DNA of 28,604 bases from a virus. Lineage: Duplodnaviria; Caudoviricetes. Below, in pieces: positions 24,828 to 28,604 of this stretch. The translations under genes were made by a program, and so were the position numbers. Every line of letters starts with the position of its first letter. Within the stretch, counting starts at the first letter, position 1. Under the pieces are notes generated by a model. That model searched no databases. It worked only from the letters and a program-made list of their open reading frames with translations, and was not told where the DNA came from. Location of the stretch: IMG/VR virus record IMGVR_UViG_3300020172_001485, positions 1 through 28,604 of that record, one strand, 5' to 3'.

Positions 24828-24956
24828 ATGTCTAAAGTTGTATATCGCGGTGCATCTTACGATACTGAAGTACGTAAGCAGCAACAGGCACAACAACAAC
24901 CCCAACAACACAACGAAACATATCGTGGTGTTAAATTTGTGAAGGAGGGTAAGTGA
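24828..24956 (+). CDS. DUF4278-like small protein (42 aa, MSKVVYRGASYDTEVRKQQQAQQQPQQHNETYRGVKFVKEGK)
   Basis: AAGGAG RBS; two YRG motifs; downstream of Gln-riboswitch-like RNAs. Confidence 0.85.
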   Translation: MSKVVYRGASYDTEVRKQQQAQQQPQQHNETYRGVKFVKEGK

Positions 24957-25054
24957 TGAAAAAACTTAACTTTCTCCAACTCATTAAAGAGAAAAAACAA
25001 AAAGAAGATCGTCGTCATCAGGCTCAGCTCATTCAATTAGTTGGTTCAAAGTAA
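24956..25054 (+). CDS. micro-protein (32 aa, MKKLNFLQLIKEKKQKEDRRHQAQLIQLVGSK)
   Basis: AAGGAGG RBS; TGATG overlap. Confidence 0.7.
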   Translation: MKKLNFLQLIKEKKQKEDRRHQAQLIQLVGSK

Positions 25055-25140
25055 TGGCACAATTTCTTGTTTCTACGACAGCAGCTATCACTCTATTGAC
25101 TATTGGATTTTCACTATACATTCAATGGCTTTATAAGTGA
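25054..25140 (+). CDS. single-TM micro-protein (28 aa, MAQFLVSTTAAITLLTIGFSLYIQWLYK)
   Basis: TAATG overlap; ends just before the terminator. Confidence 0.55.
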   Translation: MAQFLVSTTAAITLLTIGFSLYIQWLYK

Positions 25141-25147
25141 ATATCTG

Positions 25148-25175
25148 AAAGGAGGGTTTACACCCTCCTTTTTTT
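25148..25175 (+). terminator. rho-independent terminator
   Basis: AAAGGAGGGT-TTAC-ACCCTCC followed by T7. Confidence 0.9.
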
Positions 25176-25206
25176 GTAGTAAAATTGTAAGAGACTATGC
25201 ATAATC

Positions 25207-25377
25207 ATGGACAAAGAAAAACTTAAATTGATTGTGAGAAATCTGGAGTCACTTGTAACTGCACTCAAATCAGAAATTTATTCTGATCCAGATTCTTACA
25301 AACAAGTAAAAGAAAATGAAGATTACATCTTCGATTATGATGAGATCTTTGAAGACGATGATGGTTACCCAGATTGA
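25207..25377 (+). CDS. small acidic cyanophage protein (56 aa, MDKEKLKLIVRNLESLV...DDDGYPD)
   Basis: Read by hand; precedes thyX. Confidence 0.8.
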   Translation: MDKEKLKLIVRNLESLVTALKSEIYSDPDSYKQVKENEDYIFDYDEIFEDDDGYPD

Positions 25378-25386
25378 GGAATTAAA

Positions 25387-26016
25387 ATGACGGTAAAACT
25401 TATTTCTATCACGCCCGATGCAGAACAAACAATGGCGTATATTGCGCGAGTTTCTAACCCTGCGAATCAAGACAACCAAAACTATGCCAAGTTGCTTGCT
25501 TATTGTATTAAGCATAATCATTGGTCTGTTTTTGAACAGTCTACTATGACTCTTGAGATTGAGACGACTCGTGGTATTGCGGCCCAAGTGCTTCGTCATA
25601 GGTCATTTACATTTCAAGAATTTTCACAAAGGTATGCAGACTCATCTCTGTTGGGTGAGATTCCTGTTCCAGAACTTCGTCGTCAGGATACTAAGAATCG
25701 TCAGAACTCAACTAATGATCTGGATCCTTCTGTTGTTCAGAAATATGAATCGTTAATCCAAGATCACTTCAGAGACGCCATGGCACTCTATCAGACGATG
25801 CTTGATGAAGGAATCGCAAAGGAGTGTGCAAGGTTTGTACTCCCTCTGGCGACCCCCACACGCATCTATATGACAGGCTCATGCCGTTCATGGATCCATT
25901 ATATCAATCTTCGTTCTGCACATGGAACTCAGAAAGAACATATGGATATTGCTCTAGAATGTAAGAGAGTATTTGCCGAACAATTCCCATCCGTTTCAGA
26001 AGCCCTGGAATGGTAA
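25387..26016 (+). CDS. thyX: FAD-dependent thymidylate synthase
   Basis: HWSVFE, RHRSFTFQEFSQRY (RHRx7SxR), KECARFVLP, LRSAHGTQKEH. Confidence 0.97.
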   Translation: MTVKLISITPDAEQTMAYIARVSNPANQDNQNYAKLLAYCIKHNHWSVFEQSTMTLEIETTRGIAAQVLRHRSFTFQEFSQRYADSSLLGEIPVPELRRQDTKNRQNSTNDLDPSVVQKYESLIQDHFRDAMALYQTMLDEGIAKECARFVLPLATPTRIYMTGSCRSWIHYINLRSAHGTQKEHMDIALECKRVFAEQFPSVSEALEW

Positions 26017-26045
26017 TATATACCAGTGCTGACTAAAGAGGTAAT

Positions 26046-26225
26046 ATGTACTATCAAACTAAAGTAGTATCAAAAGACGAAGTTTGGACTACATGTAAGA
26101 TTGTTGATACGACAGAAGACAATTATATTATAGAATATAATGAAGATGGAAAGTTTGTAACTAAAGAAATCAAACCAGAAGAACTTCAAAAACTTGATTA
26201 TTCTGAACTTGAAATAAGCCAATAA
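26046..26225 (+). CDS. small hypothetical protein (59 aa, MYYQTKVVSKDEVWTTCKIV...)
   Basis: GAGGT RBS; ends 1 nt before the GT gene. Confidence 0.7.
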   Translation: MYYQTKVVSKDEVWTTCKIVDTTEDNYIIEYNEDGKFVTKEIKPEELQKLDYSELEISQ

Positions 26226-26226
26226 G

Positions 26227-27078
26227 ATGTCAGTTTCAATAATAACCGCATGTAAAAACAGATCTAAAGCCTTAGCTGTATCTATGGCTTCGTGGATGCA
26301 ACTTAGTGAAGTTGATGAAATATTGGTGACTAACTGGGATTCAGAAAATTCTATAGATCATCTAACCGTATTGAGTGAAAAGGTAAAAATAATTAATGTA
26401 AAGAACGAACCTCATTTCAATCAACCTCAACCATTAAACTTAGCTGCATCTTTAGTTAAGAGTGAATACCTTTTAAAATTGGATTGTGATCATATATTAA
26501 ATCCATATTTCAACTTTTTTGATTTTCATGAAATTGATGAAAATTCTTTTGTATCTGGATCTAATAAATTACTAAGTGGAATGGATTTCGATTTTTTGCA
26601 TCCTCTTTGGGGATTGTTGTATGTAAAAACAGAGATTTTCAAAAAACTCGGCGGTTACAATGAAAGAATGGGAAAGTATTATGCAGTGGAAGACGATGAA
26701 TTGGCAGTTAGACTAATATCATATGGACTTAATCCTGTATTAATAGACGCTCAAAAATTGTCAGCTTTGCATATACCTCATTCAGATAAGGATCGAGTTA
26801 AAAACTTTGAATCATTTGAAAGTATAAGTCAAATTTTAAGTGAATTTGGAAAAGATTTTGTAGGAGATGATCTTTATACTTATATGGCAAAACTATGTAA
26901 GGAGAAGAATCATAACGTGTATCCTATATCTGCTAGAATGATGGAAATCCTTGATCTAGAAGAAAAAAATGAGTATAGTGAAGTAATCAATGTAGATGTG
27001 GATTGGTACTCAGAACCCATCTATAAATGGGAAGTCACTCAAGTAAATGATCAAATATATGAAGCTGTTAAGATATGA
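26227..27078 (+). CDS. GT-A glycosyltransferase (GT2 N-terminus / GT7C galactosyltransferase-like C-terminus), paralog A
   Basis: VSIITACKNR, LNLAA, KLDCD (DxD), GGYNE...EDDEL..RL. Confidence 0.85.
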   Translation: MSVSIITACKNRSKALAVSMASWMQLSEVDEILVTNWDSENSIDHLTVLSEKVKIINVKNEPHFNQPQPLNLAASLVKSEYLLKLDCDHILNPYFNFFDFHEIDENSFVSGSNKLLSGMDFDFLHPLWGLLYVKTEIFKKLGGYNERMGKYYAVEDDELAVRLISYGLNPVLIDAQKLSALHIPHSDKDRVKNFESFESISQILSEFGKDFVGDDLYTYMAKLCKEKNHNVYPISARMMEILDLEEKNEYSEVINVDVDWYSEPIYKWEVTQVNDQIYEAVKI

Positions 27079-27929
27079 GTATTTCAATAATATCTGCGTG
27101 TAAAAATAGAGGTGAGGCTTTAACGGTATCCATAAGTTCATGGATACAGTTTGATGAAGTCGAAGAAGTAATAGTAACAGATTGGAATTCTGATGTTCCC
27201 GTAGAACATTTGACTAGATTGGATAGTAGAATTAAGATTATTACTGTTCCAGAAGAACCATATTTCAATCAACCTCAACCATTAAACTTAGCTGCATCTT
27301 TAGTTAAGAGTAAGTATATTCTTAAATTGGATTCAGATACTGTTATGAATCCATATTTTAATTTCTTTGATCACCATACGATTGATGATGAATCTTTTTT
27401 AACTGGTACGGATGAATCATGGCATTTCAACAATGATAAACCAGACCCCAAACATGTCTACCAAAATTATAGATATCTCAAACCTTTGTGGGGTACTCTG
27501 TACATATCAAAAGAAAATTATTTCAAAATTGGTGGTTACAATGAGAACATGAACAAGTATGCTGCTTGGGAGGATACCGAAATTTATGAAAGACTTTTAC
27601 TTTTGGGTTTGAAACATGTAAATATCAACTTCAATAAGAAAACTCTATTTTCATTACCTCACTTAACAAAAAAACGAGTGGAAGAGTTTCAAGCATACAA
27701 AGAAAACAAGTACCTAGAATTAACAATTAGAGAACACCTCAAAAAATACAACAATGTTGACGATGACAATGTTGTACACAAATTAATTCTAGAAAAACAC
27801 AATAGAAAAAATTACAAAAAATATAAATTGAAAGAAACTAGTGGTTATTATGTAAAACCAATGGTAAAATGGTGTATAGAACAAACTTCACCTCAACACT
27901 ATATCGCTCAAAAAATACCCGATAAATAA
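27075..27929 (+). CDS. GT-A glycosyltransferase (GT2/GT7C-like), paralog B
   Basis: ISIISACKNR, KLDSD, GGYNE...WEDTEIYERL. Confidence 0.85.
   Translation: MSISIISACKNRGEALTVSISSWIQFDEVEEVIVTDWNSDVPVEHLTRLDSRIKIITVPEEPYFNQPQPLNLAASLVKSKYILKLDSDTVMNPYFNFFDHHTIDDESFLTGTDESWHFNNDKPDPKHVYQNYRYLKPLWGTLYISKENYFKIGGYNENMNKYAAWEDTEIYERLLLLGLKHVNINFNKKTLFSLPHLTKKRVEEFQAYKENKYLELTIREHLKKYNNVDDDNVVHKLILEKHNRKNYKKYKLKETSGYYVKPMVKWCIEQTSPQHYIAQKIPDK
27922..27928 (+). promoter_or_regulatory. late promoter
   Basis: ATAAATA 25 nt upstream of ATG 27954. Confidence 0.55.
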
Positions 27930-27953
27930 ATCATACTGAACTTTATTAATTAA

Positions 27954-28202
27954 ATGGCGACCTATCCTGTTATAAACAAAGTCACTGGTGAACAGAAAGA
28001 AGTGAATATGAGTGTTCACGACTGGTCTCAGTGGAAGTTAGATAATCCGGACTGGCACAGAGATTGGAGTGATCCATCTACTTGTCCTGGTTCTGGTGAA
28101 GTAGGCGAGTGGAAAGACAAACTCATCTCCAGAAATCCAGGCTGGAATGATGTTCTCACTAAAGCCGGAAAAGCGCCTGGTTCTCGTGTAAAGAAAATCT
28201 AA
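27954..28202 (+). CDS. conserved cyanophage protein upstream of phoH (82 aa)
   Basis: MATYPVINKVTGEQKE...PGWNDVL..A.KAPGS. Confidence 0.8.
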   Translation: MATYPVINKVTGEQKEVNMSVHDWSQWKLDNPDWHRDWSDPSTCPGSGEVGEWKDKLISRNPGWNDVLTKAGKAPGSRVKKI

Positions 28203-28604
28203 ATGGCAAGACAAAGAAAGACATCCAACGGCAACATTGGGATTGGCATGAGCGCAAAACAATTGCGTCGTAAAAAACCAATCAATTCTGATTTGATGGT
28301 TGACATTTCTCCACTGACCGACAATCAAAAAAGATTTTTTGATGAGTATAAAAAAGGTAAAAATATTTTTGCCTATGGCGCTGCAGGTACAGGTAAAACA
28401 TTTGTAGGATTATACCTCGCACTTAAGGATGTTTTAGACGAAAGAACTCCTTATGAAAAGGTTTACATTGTTCGTTCTCTAGTTGCTACAAGAGAAATTG
28501 GATTCTTGCCTGGAGACCATGAAGATAAGTCTTCACTCTATCAGATTCCTTATAAGAACATGTGTAAGTACATGTTTGAGTTACCCTCTGATGCAGACTT
28601 TGAG
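28203..28604 (+). CDS. phoH: PhoH-family ATPase, truncated by the window end
   Basis: PLTDNQ, Walker A GAAGTGKT, IVRSLV, IGFLPG. Confidence 0.95.
   Translation, partial: MARQRKTSNGNIGIGMSAKQLRRKKPINSDLMVDISPLTDNQKRFFDEYKKGKNIFAYGAAGTGKTFVGLYLALKDVLDERTPYEKVYIVRSLVATREIGFLPGDHEDKSSLYQIPYKNMCKYMFELPSDADFE

Noticed and set aside
25387-25404. ThyX begins MTVKLI, like both FucT-like proteins
   Set aside because: Six residues with different codons; most likely coincidence
1893-27311. CRISPR array or diversity-generating retroelement suggested by the exact repeats
   Set aside because: Repeats occur only in pairs inside paralogous CDSs; no spacers, no reverse transcriptase and no adenine-specific mismatch pattern
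120-28328. All minus-strand ORFs in the track (e.g. 313..639, 6567..6977, 19903..20214, 25270..25599, 28038..28328)
   Set aside because: They are shadows of a fully tiled plus strand, with no recognisable motifs

Overview
28.6 kb of AT-rich, all-plus-strand, densely packed DNA from a T4-like cyanophage (cyanomyovirus). The assignment rests on ThyX, PhoH, glutaredoxin, SpeD, T4-type late-promoter motifs, a tRNA-Ala(UGC) and many short ORFs typical of cyanophages. Three glycosylation islands interrupt this backbone. (i) Two tandem fucosyltransferase-superfamily genes at 1.9-4.3 kb. (ii) A ~9 kb run of overlapping genes behind two short tail-fibre-tip genes: a double 2OG-Fe(II) oxygenase, five GT25-like glycosyltransferases, a miniaturised DegT-type aminotransferase, another oxygenase, an amidinotransferase and an O-carbamoyltransferase. 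(iii) Two GT2/GT7C-like genes between thyX and phoH. At 24.5-25.2 kb there is a compact nitrogen-sensing cassette: an NtcA-type box, a sigma70 promoter whose -10 box sits inside a perfect 12-bp palindrome, and two tandem glutamine-riboswitch-like aptamers, followed by a DUF4278-like Gln-rich peptide, two more micro-ORFs and a terminator. The second aptamer has a 130-nt insert in its P2 loop, so a 50-codon ORF is nested inside it. All calls come from reading motifs by eye; no database searches were run.
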